From: Bdellovibrionales bacterium
GTDB taxonomy: Bacteria; Bdellovibrionota; Bdellovibrionia; Bdellovibrionales; UBA1609
Assembly (NCBI GenBank): GCA_965199825.1
Contig: OZ241329.1
Span: 2,560,001-2,624,000, forward strand
Direction: 5' to 3'
Length of the DNA stretch: 64,000 bases
Notes under the pieces: model-generated
The model's database searches: none
Told to the model about the DNA's origin: nothing
Seen by the model: only the letters and a program-made list of their open reading frames with translations
Program-made: the position numbers and the translations under genes
In this document: positions 19,002-29,258 of the stretch, in pieces
Layout of the letters: the number at the start of each line of letters is the position of its first letter
Position numbering within the stretch: the stretch's first letter is position 1

Positions 19002-20196
19002 AAATAATCGAGGTGTCGCACTCTTAATTGCGATTTTTTCTTTGATGCTGATGGTATTTATCGCCAACGAAGTCTCCTACGACACGACGATCGAATATTT
19101 GATTGCGTCTCAGCAGGTCAATCGACTCAAAGCCTACTATGCGGCAAAAGCCGGAGTTGAATTTAGTCTTTTAAGAATTTCGGTTTACAAAAAAATTCTT
19201 GCAACCTTTGGCGATCAGCTCAAAGGCAACACGGCAATGCTTGATCCGGTTTGGCAATTTCCTTTTTCTTGGCCGCCCCTTATGCCGGGCGAAATGAATT
19301 CGGCAGACAAAGACAAAATCAATTCGGCAGTAAAAGAATCCACAATGGATGCCTCTTTTTCTTCGACAATTTCTTCGGAAGGTCAAAAAATTGATGTCAA
19401 TGATCTAGGCGCCTTTTTGCCCGAGGGAAAAGGATTTCGAGACGCCACCCGTCTTCAAATTCTCAAGATTTTTCAAAACCAAATGGAAACCGATGATGGC
19501 TTTCGCAAAAAATATGGTGGGACAAATTTCGAAGAGGTCGTAAACAATATTACCGACTGGGTTGATGAAGATAGCGAGTCTTTAAATGGTGGGGATGAAA
19601 AACGCTATTATCCTGATATTCGCTCTGATTTTATTCCGCCAAATACCCCTTTTAAAACAGTCGATGAACTTCATATGGTTGCCGGGATGAAAGAGGATTT
19701 CTTTAAAGTTTTAAAAGATCGGATCACCGTTTATGGAACCAAAGGATTGAACGTCAACTATGCCACTCGCGAAGTTTTAAAATCTTTTGATGTGCGCATG
19801 ACCGACGAGGTAGTGAACAATATTATGAAGCGAAGAAACAATCCTCAAGAAGGTCCTTTTAAAGACACCACTGATTTTTATAATTTTTTGGATGGTCAAG
19901 GTGTGCGTCTTGATCGCAATGCCAAAAATCAAATTCCATTGTTGTTTGGACCAGAATTTAATTTTCGTATTCAGAGTACTGGTATATTTGCCAACTCTCG
20001 GCGCGAAATCACCGCGGTGGTTTACGATTACGATAACGTAAGCCAAAATTATTCCAATTGGGTTCAAAGCTCGAGTGCTCAAAATACCGCAACTCCGGGT
20101 GCCGCACCTTCCACCGCGACACAGGGCCAACCCACTGCTCCCAAAATTCAAACCGGAAAAGGACGACCAACCATTGTGTATTGGCAGGAAAATTAG
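18946..20196 (+). CDS. gspK: Minor pseudopilin GspK
   Basis: RG|VALLIA (no E5), KIDVN, DWVDED, PFKTVDEL..VAGM, LNVNYA. True start may be slightly downstream. Confidence 0.88.
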   Translation: MPSPRVRREQVLGLLAPLRNNRGVALLIAIFSLMLMVFIANEVSYDTTIEYLIASQQVNRLKAYYAAKAGVEFSLLRISVYKKILATFGDQLKGNTAMLDPVWQFPFSWPPLMPGEMNSADKDKINSAVKESTMDASFSSTISSEGQKIDVNDLGAFLPEGKGFRDATRLQILKIFQNQMETDDGFRKKYGGTNFEEVVNNITDWVDEDSESLNGGDEKRYYPDIRSDFIPPNTPFKTVDELHMVAGMKEDFFKVLKDRITVYGTKGLNVNYATREVLKSFDVRMTDEVVNNIMKRRNNPQEGPFKDTTDFYNFLDGQGVRLDRNAKNQIPLLFGPEFNFRIQSTGIFANSRREITAVVYDYDNVSQNYSNWVQSSSAQNTATPGAAPSTATQGQPTAPKIQTGKGRPTIVYWQEN

Positions 20197-20275
20197 GATG
20201 GGCATCCGCCTCGACAAAAGTCGGTCGTACTGTGTCCAGTGTTGCAATGAATTTCTCATAGCCTAAGGTATTAAT

Positions 20276-21913
20276 ATGAAGTCGGTCGGCATCGATATTG
20301 GAAGTTTTAGCGTTAAAATTGCAGAGATAGACACCACTTCCAAGGGCTTCTCTCTTTCGCGTCTTCAAGAATTCCCACTTTCGCAAGATCCCACTCGAGA
20401 TCGAAAAATCGAGGTGATCGAACTTTTACGCAACACTTTTAATAATTATGATCCTTCTGTTTATCGATTTGTTTTGTGCTTAAGACAAAACCACGTGAGC
20501 TCAAGGGTAAAACGATTTCCATTTCGCGAACGCCACAAAATCTTGCGCTCGCTCGCATTTGAACTCGAAGATGATTTGCCCTTTTCGCCTGAGGATTCAA
20601 TTTTTGAAGCCAAGATCACAAAATATTTTGGTAACGAGGCCGAAGTTTTTGCACTGGCAAGCCCCAAAGAGCGCATCACCGAAGTTTTAAGTTTGGCCTC
20701 GGACAGTGGCGTCGATCCCGATCTATTAACCAGCGAAGGGGTAGCCCTTAACAATTTGATTGAGCCGTTTTTATACCCTCCCCGCGAAGAGCCCCAACTC
20801 GAGAGTCCCCTGCCCGAACCAAAAAGTTCACAAGTGATTTTAAGTTTGGGCCACGAGCATTCGGTTTTGGTTTTATTAGAGGAAGGCACTCTCAAACTGA
20901 TTCGTCATATCGATTGGGGCGGAAGAAATTTAGCCGAGAGCCTCTCAAAGGCTGCCAACATCCACTATCTCGAAGCGCTCAAAATTATGCGCAAATCGGC
21001 TCTGTTATTTGGGGACGAAACAGCGACGCCTGAGCAAACCGGAATCAGCAAAAGTTTAGCCAAAGGATTTGAACCGCTCATTCAAGAAATGAAACTGTCG
21101 CTTTTAGAATGCAGTGCTGATTTTCGATTAGACATCAAAGAGATTTTTATTTGTGGTGGTGTTGCCAACTTAAGAAATATCAATGCATTTTTAACTCAAC
21201 AATTCGGTGTTGTGGTCAATCGCATCTTGCCGTTACCTTTGTTTCCAGAACTCAATTTTGAAACCAACACTCAAGGTGAACTTTCTGGAGCCTTGAGCAT
21301 TGGGCTTGCGATCGAAGGTATGCGTCGGCCAAAAAATCCGGCGGTGCAGTTTTTAAAAAATGAATTCGCCAAACAAAGTCAAAGTCTTCAGATGGCCTGG
21401 GACAAGTGGAGTTACACACTTAAAATCGCCACTGCCACATTTGCTTTGTTGCTGGCTTATTCTTACTTTAAAGATGATTTCGCAAGCTCAGCAGCAGAAG
21501 AGGCCCAAACTTTACTTCGGAGCCAAGCAAGCTCGATTGCGGGCCTTAAAGGTCCAAAGGCCACGGTCAAAGCGATCCGTGATTTTTTAAAAGAAAAGCA
21601 AGATGAAGAAAAAGGCCGAGCTCTTTCCGAAAAAATCTCTGAGCTCAATCAGGGGCTTGATGTGCTAAATCGCTTAAGCTCCTCACTCCCCGGTCGCAGA
21701 AATTTATCGGTCCAAATCAGTCATATGGTCTTAAGCGGCGAAATCTTAGATCTGCAAGGTGATGTGAGCTCACAAGTGGAGCTGGCCACTTTAAAAAATA
21801 CTCTGACTAATCTCTCGAGTGATTCGCGCCTAGAGGTTCTCTCGGTCAAACCGCAAGGTGGGCGCGTGGGATTTGCATTTCGGCTTCGTATGGCAAGGTT
21901 AAAGGGAGGCTGA
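20276..21913 (+). CDS. gspL: GspL-like protein with PilM-type actin-like cytoplasmic domain
   Basis: VGIDIGSFSVK, WGGRNL, ICGGVA, then a TM and a periplasmic domain; lies between gspK and gspM. Confidence 0.8.
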   Translation: MKSVGIDIGSFSVKIAEIDTTSKGFSLSRLQEFPLSQDPTRDRKIEVIELLRNTFNNYDPSVYRFVLCLRQNHVSSRVKRFPFRERHKILRSLAFELEDDLPFSPEDSIFEAKITKYFGNEAEVFALASPKERITEVLSLASDSGVDPDLLTSEGVALNNLIEPFLYPPREEPQLESPLPEPKSSQVILSLGHEHSVLVLLEEGTLKLIRHIDWGGRNLAESLSKAANIHYLEALKIMRKSALLFGDETATPEQTGISKSLAKGFEPLIQEMKLSLLECSADFRLDIKEIFICGGVANLRNINAFLTQQFGVVVNRILPLPLFPELNFETNTQGELSGALSIGLAIEGMRRPKNPAVQFLKNEFAKQSQSLQMAWDKWSYTLKIATATFALLLAYSYFKDDFASSAAEEAQTLLRSQASSIAGLKGPKATVKAIRDFLKEKQDEEKGRALSEKISELNQGLDVLNRLSSSLPGRRNLSVQISHMVLSGEILDLQGDVSSQVELATLKNTLTNLSSDSRLEVLSVKPQGGRVGFAFRLRMARLKGG

Positions 21914-21914
21914 T

Positions 21915-22583
21915 GTGGCAGGCTTAAGTGATCTCAAAGATCAGTTGCGGGAGCGTTGGCAAGCCGTCTCAGAACGTGTTCAAGAAAATGCGCTTTACAA
22001 CAACATTATCGAAAAATACGAAGCGTGGCCGTTAATCGCCCAGCGTGCTTTGTGGATTTCGCTGATTGCGGGTGCATTTTTATTTTTGTTTTCTATCCCC
22101 TACTCGTTTTTAGATTCAGCCTCGCAACACCTTGCTGATTTTGAAGAGCGCAGAGTTTTAATTCGAGAACTATTGAAATCTTCAAGAGCTTCAAGAGAAA
22201 TGACCCCGGTGATCTCGGGCCCATCGTCTTCAGACTTAAAAAATCAAATTACAAATGTGCTAAAAATGGCAAACCTGATTCCCGAGCAAATTGCCGCAAT
22301 CAGCGACACCGATGCTCCAGAAATGCAATCGCTCACCCCCAAAGGAATTTCGAATTCTTCTTTGAGCGTGCAGTTAAAAAAACTCAATGTTCGGCAAATT
22401 GCTGATCTGGGTTTTGAATTTGGAAAAATCCATCCTGCGGTCAAATTGGTAAGCCTCGAATTGACCGCTGCTCGCGATATCAAAAATTATTTTGATGCGA
22501 CCTTTAAATTGACGAGCTTTTCATTTCCGTTTGGCACAGGTCATCGCGGCGCAGTTTCACACGACGAAGAGAGCGACGAATGA
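21915..22583 (+). CDS. gspM: GspM-like assembly platform protein
   Basis: Single TM followed by coiled coil and ferredoxin-like region; gene order. Confidence 0.65.
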   Translation: MAGLSDLKDQLRERWQAVSERVQENALYNNIIEKYEAWPLIAQRALWISLIAGAFLFLFSIPYSFLDSASQHLADFEERRVLIRELLKSSRASREMTPVISGPSSSDLKNQITNVLKMANLIPEQIAAISDTDAPEMQSLTPKGISNSSLSVQLKKLNVRQIADLGFEFGKIHPAVKLVSLELTAARDIKNYFDATFKLTSFSFPFGTGHRGAVSHDEESDE

Positions 22584-23548
22584 AAAGTGCAATTCAATGG
22601 GTCTTAAATATTTTTCGTTTTCATAAATTGAAAATCGTCGTGGTGATCTTAAGCTTTTTGGTTTGTAGTCTGCTGCGATTTCCGCTGGATGATCTGTCTG
22701 GTGTAATGTCGGCACAGATCACTGAGGCAACCCAAGGCCAAGTGTTTTTACAGTTTGAAAAATTGGGTTTGGCATTTTTCCCTCAACCCTCGCTCTCTTT
22801 TACGGATGTTCTTATCGACACTCCCGTTATCTCGAATCTCCACTCCAAACGCTTAAAGCTTTCGCCTTCGATTCCTGCACTTTTGACTTTCCGAATGGGA
22901 TTTGTGGCCGACGCGAGCGAAATTTTGGGGGGAGATACCGATTTTAGTTTGCGCGAAGGCGAAAAAACCAAGGAAGGCGCAAGAAAATATCAGATCGCCC
23001 TTAATGCCGAGCATCTTAACCTCGCCGAAATCAAAAAAGCGCTCGATCTGCCCGTGCCCCTAAAAGGTGCGGTCAATGCCAAATTGAGCGGCAACGTGGA
23101 TCCAAGTTTTATTGATCAGCCCGAGGGTGATGTGCAGATGACGTTTGCAAGCCTCGAGGTTCCGGCGTCGAGTGTGCCCACTCCTTTTGGTCCTATGAAC
23201 TTGCCCACTGTCAAATGGAGCAACGTGGTTTTGAAGGGGCGCATGGCCCAGGGCAAATTTTTTGTTGATGAAGGCAAGGTGGGTGCGGCCCAAGATCCAT
23301 TGAACGGCCAAATCAAGGGTCAAATGGATGTGCGAATTTTACGCAGCGGAAATGCCGATGTGAGCAGCTATGATTTTCGTGTGGAGCTCAACTTAAATAA
23401 GTCGGTCGAAAAAGATTTTGGGCTTTTTTTAAGTTTTCTGGACACATTTCGGACCCCAAACCTCTCAGGATCTAAATACCTCTTTCGCGCCACTGGCCTA
23501 CGTTTTGGAGTGCCACCTCGCTTAAGTGCTTTGGCAAGTTTTAATTAA
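22580..23548 (+). CDS. gspN: Type II secretion protein GspN
   Basis: N-terminal TM ending in FP, beta-rich body; last gene of the gsp cluster. Confidence 0.75.
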   Translation: MKSAIQWVLNIFRFHKLKIVVVILSFLVCSLLRFPLDDLSGVMSAQITEATQGQVFLQFEKLGLAFFPQPSLSFTDVLIDTPVISNLHSKRLKLSPSIPALLTFRMGFVADASEILGGDTDFSLREGEKTKEGARKYQIALNAEHLNLAEIKKALDLPVPLKGAVNAKLSGNVDPSFIDQPEGDVQMTFASLEVPASSVPTPFGPMNLPTVKWSNVVLKGRMAQGKFFVDEGKVGAAQDPLNGQIKGQMDVRILRSGNADVSSYDFRVELNLNKSVEKDFGLFLSFLDTFRTPNLSGSKYLFRATGLRFGVPPRLSALASFN

Positions 23549-23623
23549 CATGCTAGCTTCGGCCATCGCTAATCGCGATTTTAAACCAGCCGAGGCGATT
23601 TCAAAACAGGAAAGGGTATTTCA

Positions 23624-24049
23624 ATGTCAGGTATTAATAAGGTTTTAATCATTGGTCGACTCGGGCAGGATCCCGAACTTAAAACTGTAGGATCGGGTCA
23701 GCAGGTAGCGCGTTTTAGTATTGCGACAAGCGAAAATTGGACAGATCGCGATGGCAAAAAACAAGAACGAACCGAATGGCACCGTATAGTTGTTTGGGGA
23801 AAACTTGCCGATCTTTGCGGAAAATATTTGGCAAAGGGCCGTCAAGTGTATGTAGAGGGTCGACTTCAAACTCGTTCTTGGGAAGATAACCAAGGTCAAA
23901 AAAAATTCACCACCGAAGTGGTTGCCAACACGGTTCAATTTTTGGGAAGCACCAATTCTGCTCAAGCCAGTGGTGGACAAAAAGATAATTTTGAAGACTT
24001 CGGGCCCGAACCTTCGTTTGACAACACCGCAGACGAGATTCCGTTTTGA
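23624..24049 (+). CDS. ssb: Single-stranded DNA-binding protein
   Basis: [34 protein letters not shown], acidic DEIPF tail. Confidence 0.97.
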   Translation: MSGINKVLIIGRLGQDPELKTVGSGQQVARFSIATSENWTDRDGKKQERTEWHRIVVWGKLADLCGKYLAKGRQVYVEGRLQTRSWEDNQGQKKFTTEVVANTVQFLGSTNSAQASGGQKDNFEDFGPEPSFDNTADEIPF

Positions 24050-24285
24050 TTCGAGTTTTATGCTGTTTTATTTTTTTAAGCGCGTGCTCGGTCTATCAGT
24101 CCGACGCACGCAAAGTGCTCGAGAGCCGTGGGCTTTCGGTGGCAACCGTTGCGACGATGTCGGCTAAAGTGGAAGAGGGCTGTGTTGAAGCTCCAGCTGA
24201 TCAAAAACTAAAAGTCGAGGCCAATGGATTTATACCTCGAGTGATTCGTCACCAATCCTCCGGCCTTTATTATATCTGCCCATAA
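24046..24285 (+). CDS. Small putative lipoprotein
   Basis: Hydrophobic N-terminus with lipobox LSAC; TTGA overlap with the ssb stop. Confidence 0.55.
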   Translation: MIRVLCCFIFLSACSVYQSDARKVLESRGLSVATVATMSAKVEEGCVEAPADQKLKVEANGFIPRVIRHQSSGLYYICP

Positions 24286-24351
24286 AGTCCTGATGAAGTT
24301 GTGGTTGCCCTAAATAAGTTTTTGCTCTTAGACTTATAACCGAGGGTGCTT

Positions 24352-25209
24352 ATGAAATTGATCACAATATGTCTTGCCGCTTTTTTTATTACTCCTTTAG
24401 CCGCTTTGGAAGTGTCCAAGGTGAAAGGCAATAAAGTTCTTATCCAAATGGATGATAAACCCATTGCTCCGGGTGAGGAGTATTTTGTGGTCAACGGTGA
24501 CGGCAAAAGAAAAGGACTTGTGAGCATCAAACAGGTTCGCGACGAACGCGCCATAGGTTTACTGACAAAAGGCCAAGCCGAACCCGGTTGGACACTCGAA
24601 AAACGAAAAAGCAAAATTGTTGGCAAAAACAAAGCGGACTCTACAAAACGGGTTTCGATATCGGGACGTCCTCACGATCGCGCCTACTATGGTATTCAGA
24701 TTGGTTACTCACAAAACAAAATGGATGTGACTCAGAGTAACGGGTCCGCAATTGCAATGACCGGTGGCTCGATCAATGTTCGAGGGATTTTTGATTACGA
24801 AATGTTTGATCGGATTTGGTTTCGCGGCGGAGTGGGCTATCTCGGATTTACAGTCAATGGGCCAAGCACCGGATGTAATCCCAATAACAGCTACGGCAGT
24901 GCCTGTAGCGCAAACATCACCTACATTGATTTTGATTTTTGGGGCCGCTATCTCTTTTCAGACGGATTTTATAGACCTTGGATCGGTGGCGGGTTTGCTT
25001 TGATATTCCCAATGAGCAAGACCGCAACGCCCCTTGACCCTGCCTCGATCAGCAACAATAGCGTGATCTCGATTGGCGGCGGTCTGGATATGTTCTTTAG
25101 CGAAAAGTTTTTTGTTCCATTACAGATTGAATATGGGATGTTGCCAAAATCGGATACGGTGGCTGCAAGCCTGATCACCGGCCGCATTGGGGTCGGTTTT
25201 ACTTTTTAA
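24352..25209 (+). CDS. Outer membrane beta-barrel protein with N-terminal periplasmic domain
   Basis: Signal peptide, alternating aromatic strands, terminal GVGFTF. Confidence 0.75.
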   Translation: MKLITICLAAFFITPLAALEVSKVKGNKVLIQMDDKPIAPGEEYFVVNGDGKRKGLVSIKQVRDERAIGLLTKGQAEPGWTLEKRKSKIVGKNKADSTKRVSISGRPHDRAYYGIQIGYSQNKMDVTQSNGSAIAMTGGSINVRGIFDYEMFDRIWFRGGVGYLGFTVNGPSTGCNPNNSYGSACSANITYIDFDFWGRYLFSDGFYRPWIGGGFALIFPMSKTATPLDPASISNNSVISIGGGLDMFFSEKFFVPLQIEYGMLPKSDTVAASLITGRIGVGFTF

Positions 25210-25218
25210 GAGGAGCAC

Positions 25219-26088
25219 ATGGCGATTGTCAGCATGACAGGTTTTGGCAACGCCAAAGGATCCACTTCGGATGTTGAAATCGAAATTGTGCTCAAATCGG
25301 TCAATGCCCGGTTTTTGGAAGTTAAAACCCATCAACCTCGCGAATATCTTATTTTTGAAGCCGAAATTAAAAAACTGATCAAAACATTTTTTAATCGCGG
25401 CAATATTGATGTCTTTATTTCGCGCAAAACTCGCAATGTAAAAAAAATGGTGAAGCTCAACGAAGATGTTTTGGCTTCTTATTTTTTAAATCTAAAAAAA
25501 ATAAATGCTCGATTTAAAATTCCGGTAGCGATCTCTTTTGGTGATCTTTTAAAGGCCGAAGGGGTTCTCAATCTTGTCGAGAAGCACAAGCCCATCACTT
25601 CTGAAAAATCTTTTTTGTTTAAACTTTTGAAACAAGCCCTCTCGAAAGCTCGTGAAAATCGATTGCGCGAAGGACGAGATCTTTATACCGAGCTTTTTCG
25701 CCTGTTAAAAACCCTAAAGGAACTCAAAACCAAGATTGAAGAAAAAATTGTCAAAGCCCAAGTGGATCGGTCACAACGACTTCACGCGCGCTTTAAAAGA
25801 AATCAGCCCGAAGAGGCTGGCCGAGCCATTCATGAGATTGCGGCAATCTTAGAGAAATCAGATATCCAAGAAGAACTTGTGCGGATTTCAACCCATATCC
25901 AATTTTGTTTCTCAATTTTGAAATCCGAAAAATCTCCGGGAAAAAGTTTGGAGTTTTATGCCCAAGAACTTTTGCGAGAAATGAATACGATTGGATCAAA
26001 GGCTCAGGTGGCAGAAATCGCTCACCTCGTAGTGCGCTCAAAAACCACCATTGATCAATTTAAAGAACAGGTGTTGAACATCGAATGA
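25219..26088 (+). CDS. yicC: YicC/YloC family endoribonuclease
   Basis: [44 protein letters not shown]. Confidence 0.93.
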   Translation: MAIVSMTGFGNAKGSTSDVEIEIVLKSVNARFLEVKTHQPREYLIFEAEIKKLIKTFFNRGNIDVFISRKTRNVKKMVKLNEDVLASYFLNLKKINARFKIPVAISFGDLLKAEGVLNLVEKHKPITSEKSFLFKLLKQALSKARENRLREGRDLYTELFRLLKTLKELKTKIEEKIVKAQVDRSQRLHARFKRNQPEEAGRAIHEIAAILEKSDIQEELVRISTHIQFCFSILKSEKSPGKSLEFYAQELLREMNTIGSKAQVAEIAHLVVRSKTTIDQFKEQVLNIE

Positions 26089-26645
26089 ATAAAATCCTTA
26101 TTATCGTTGGCCCAAGTGGTGTGGGAAAATCCACCTTGATTGCTCGAGCCTTAAATGAGTTTAAAGAACTCGAAGATACAACGACCTACACCACCCGAAA
26201 TATGCGTGAGGGCGAAAGCGAAGGATGTCCCTATCATTTTGTTGATCACAAAAAATTTGAAGAACTCATCACTCAAGATTTTTTTGTCGAATGGGCCAAG
26301 GTCCACACCAATCTCTACGGCACCCCCATGCAACAGTTAAAAGAAGCTTGGGCTAAGGATCATGTGGTCATCATGGATGTGGACATTCAGGGTGCGCAAA
26401 GTTTTAAAAAACGCTTTAAAGAGGCTGTGGCGGTTTTTATACTTCCCCCCTCGATTGACGAATTGAAGAAAAGAATTATCAAGCGCGACAAAGGTGAGCC
26501 TAAAGATATTGGGGTTAGGATGGAGAATGCGGTCAAGGAAATCGCTCAGGCTCCGTTATGTGACCATCAGATTCGAAATGTTGATATCGACCAAGCTTAC
26601 GATGAATTAAAGAAAATTATTGTCGAATTGGTCAAAGCTCGCTAG
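26085..26645 (+). CDS. gmk: Guanylate kinase
   Basis: [32 protein letters not shown]. Confidence 0.96.
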   Translation: MNKILIIVGPSGVGKSTLIARALNEFKELEDTTTYTTRNMREGESEGCPYHFVDHKKFEELITQDFFVEWAKVHTNLYGTPMQQLKEAWAKDHVVIMDVDIQGAQSFKKRFKEAVAVFILPPSIDELKKRIIKRDKGEPKDIGVRMENAVKEIAQAPLCDHQIRNVDIDQAYDELKKIIVELVKAR

Positions 26646-26689
26646 TTTACGGGGTTTTGCCTTTTAAACTCAAAAAAGATGGAGTGCTC

Positions 26690-26941
26690 ATGGCTAGAAT
26701 TACGGTGGAAGACTGTCTTGATCGAATGAACAACCGATTTGCACTGGTCATCTTGGTCTCAAAACGCGCGAAACAACTGTTAAAAGGCGACTCAAGCACC
26801 CTGCCAAATAAAAATAACAAATATATCGTCAATTCTTTAAGAGAAGTGGCTGCAGGTCATGTGTACTACGAAATCGACGAGAGCCTGGGTACGGTTGAAG
26901 AACAAATTCAATCCGATCTCAATTATTTAAAGTCCTATTGA
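26690..26941 (+). CDS. rpoZ: RNA polymerase omega subunit
   Basis: [16 protein letters not shown]...KRAKQL, LREVAAG; GGAG before ATG 26690. Confidence 0.95.
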   Translation: MARITVEDCLDRMNNRFALVILVSKRAKQLLKGDSSTLPNKNNKYIVNSLREVAAGHVYYEIDESLGTVEEQIQSDLNYLKSY

Positions 26942-26946
26942 TTTGA

Positions 26947-29166
26947 ATGAGTGAGCTCGAGGGCGACGATCGCTTTTCTGAAAAAGCACCACGAACAGTC
27001 GATGAACTCCTCGAGCGCATTTTAGGTTATTACCCCCAAGCCGATTCTGCCTTTATCAAAAAAGCCTATGAATTTTCCGAAAAAGCTCACTCCGGCCAAA
27101 TTCGCCGCAGTGGTGAGCCATATATTTCGCATCCCCTGGGTGTGGCCGGAATCCTCGCCGAGCTTAAGCTAGATTTGTTTACTATAGCCACGGGACTTCT
27201 TCACGATACAGTCGAAGACACCACGGTCAGTCTTAAAGATATCGAAAATCAATTCGGCGCAACGGTCAGTCAATTGGTCGATGGTGTCACAAAAATATCT
27301 AAATTTAGCTTTCGCAACACGCACGAAAAACAAGGCGAAAATATTCGCAAAATGATTATTGCGATGGGTAAAGATGTGCGGGTGGTTTTGGTCAAATTGG
27401 CCGATCGTCTCCACAATATGCGCACCCTCAATCATATGCCCTATCAAAAACAAGCGGTGATTGCCCAAGAGACTCTAGATATTTACGCTCCACTTGCAGG
27501 ACGTCTCGGGATTATGTCTCTTAAGATTGAGCTCGAAGATTTAAGCTTTCGTTATTCGCAGCCCGAATCGTATTACGAAGTCGCACAAAAGGTTCAAAAG
27601 AAAAAGCGCGAGCGAGAAAAGTATATTGAAGACACCAAACGAGTTTTAGAAGGCGAAATCACAAAACGAAGTCAGATTGATTTTGAAATTCAGGGCCGTC
27701 CTAAACATCTTTACTCTATCTATAAAAAAATGCAGTCGCGCGTGGTCGATTATGATCAGGTTTACGATGTGCTGGCATTTCGGGTTTGCGTCAATACGAT
27801 TTCGGAATGCTACGAAATCTTAGGCCTCGTTCATAATCTTTGGAAACCGATTCCTGGACGATTTAAAGATTTTATCGCGATGCCAAAGGTGAACAACTAT
27901 CAGAGTCTTCACACTACAGTGATTGGTCCCTTAGCTGAGCGAATCGAAGTTCAGATCCGCACCTATGAGATGCATCTTATCGCCGAGCGCGGAATTGCCG
28001 CCCATTGGGCCTATAAAGAAAATTTAAATGAAAGTGGTTTAGACGCTAAGAGTGCCGAAAAGTTTAATTGGTTAAGAGAGTTGATCAATCTTCATCAACA
28101 CTCCCCCACTGCCGACGAATTTTTAGAGAATGTAAAAACCGATTTATTTGAATCAGAAATTTATGTGTTTACCCCCAAAGGAGAGGTCAAAGAATTTCCC
28201 GAGGGTGCCACACCCATTGATTTTGCTTACTCGGTTCACACTGGACTCGGAAATCAAATCACTGCGGCACGTGTGAATGGCAAAATGGTTTCGCTCAAAT
28301 ATCAGCTTTCAAATGGCGACACCATAGAAGTGATCTCTTCAAAGAACCAGGTTCCTTCAAAAGACTGGCTCAAGATGTGTGTCACGACTCGGGCAAAATC
28401 TAAAATTCGGGCCTTTGTAAAAGCCGAAAGTCGAAAACGCGCCCAAACTCTGGGTAAGGAGATTTTAGAAAAATATTTTAGACGCATGTCAGTTTCGATT
28501 CACCGCCTTGAAGGGGCTTTGTTTGAAAAGCTTTTGCGTGATCATGGCTGCAATAACATCGACGATTTGCATGTGCATTTGGGTTACGGCACGTTGACCG
28601 CGCAACAAGTTTTGAGCGCAATTCTACCAGAGATGCCCAAAGCACAACCGCCTCCGGAGAAACCTTCGTTTTTAAAAAAAGCATTTCAAGCGGCTGTTGG
28701 AAAAACAAAAAAATCGGGATCATTGATTCGGGTCGATGGACTTGAAGATGTGCTGGTGCGATTTGCAAGATGTTGCAATCCAATTCCTGGTGATCCGATC
28801 ATTGGATTTATCACGCGTGGACGAGGCATTGCGATCCACCGTGCGGATTGTGAAAAAGCATTCGAACTCGATCAAGATCGGCGACTCGAAGTCGAATGGA
28901 ATGTGGCTCGCGCTCAAGAAATGGGACGACTTGTGCGAATACGTGTAGTCTCGCATGACTCTGCTGGACTCTTAAAATCGATGACCGAAGTTTTTGCGGC
29001 AAACAGTGTGAATATTCAAAACGCCCAAGCGCGCACGACCAAAGACCTGAAGGCCGTTTCGATTTTTGATGTGACCGTTCGCGACACTTCCCAACTCAGC
29101 ACTGTTATGAACCAGTTAGCAAAAATCAAAGGCGTCATCGGCGTTACACGCATCACCCACTCTTGA
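26947..29166 (+). CDS. spoT: Bifunctional (p)ppGpp synthetase/hydrolase Rel/SpoT
   Basis: HD hydrolase LLHDTVED, KLADRLHNMRTL, synthetase RFKD and YQSLHT, TGS, CC and ACT domains. Confidence 0.96.
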   Translation: MSELEGDDRFSEKAPRTVDELLERILGYYPQADSAFIKKAYEFSEKAHSGQIRRSGEPYISHPLGVAGILAELKLDLFTIATGLLHDTVEDTTVSLKDIENQFGATVSQLVDGVTKISKFSFRNTHEKQGENIRKMIIAMGKDVRVVLVKLADRLHNMRTLNHMPYQKQAVIAQETLDIYAPLAGRLGIMSLKIELEDLSFRYSQPESYYEVAQKVQKKKREREKYIEDTKRVLEGEITKRSQIDFEIQGRPKHLYSIYKKMQSRVVDYDQVYDVLAFRVCVNTISECYEILGLVHNLWKPIPGRFKDFIAMPKVNNYQSLHTTVIGPLAERIEVQIRTYEMHLIAERGIAAHWAYKENLNESGLDAKSAEKFNWLRELINLHQHSPTADEFLENVKTDLFESEIYVFTPKGEVKEFPEGATPIDFAYSVHTGLGNQITAARVNGKMVSLKYQLSNGDTIEVISSKNQVPSKDWLKMCVTTRAKSKIRAFVKAESRKRAQTLGKEILEKYFRRMSVSIHRLEGALFEKLLRDHGCNNIDDLHVHLGYGTLTAQQVLSAILPEMPKAQPPPEKPSFLKKAFQAAVGKTKKSGSLIRVDGLEDVLVRFARCCNPIPGDPIIGFITRGRGIAIHRADCEKAFELDQDRRLEVEWNVARAQEMGRLVRIRVVSHDSAGLLKSMTEVFAANSVNIQNAQARTTKDLKAVSIFDVTVRDTSQLSTVMNQLAKIKGVIGVTRITHS

Positions 29167-29193
29167 TTAATCTTTGAACATTTCCCCCAGGAT

Positions 29194-29221
29194 TACAGTC
29201 TAGCAAGGCTTTAATCGATAA
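29194..29221 (+). promoter_or_regulatory. Possible sigma28 (FliA)-type promoter
   Basis: TACAG-15 bp-ATCGATAA, 37 nt upstream of ATG 29259. Confidence 0.3.
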
Positions 29222-29258
29222 GCCCTTAGACGAGATTTACAACTAAGGGAGAAAACAC

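Noticed and set aside
9911..23548. T2SS incomplete because there is no prepilin peptidase
   Set aside because: PilD/GspO is commonly encoded elsewhere and shared with type IV pili.
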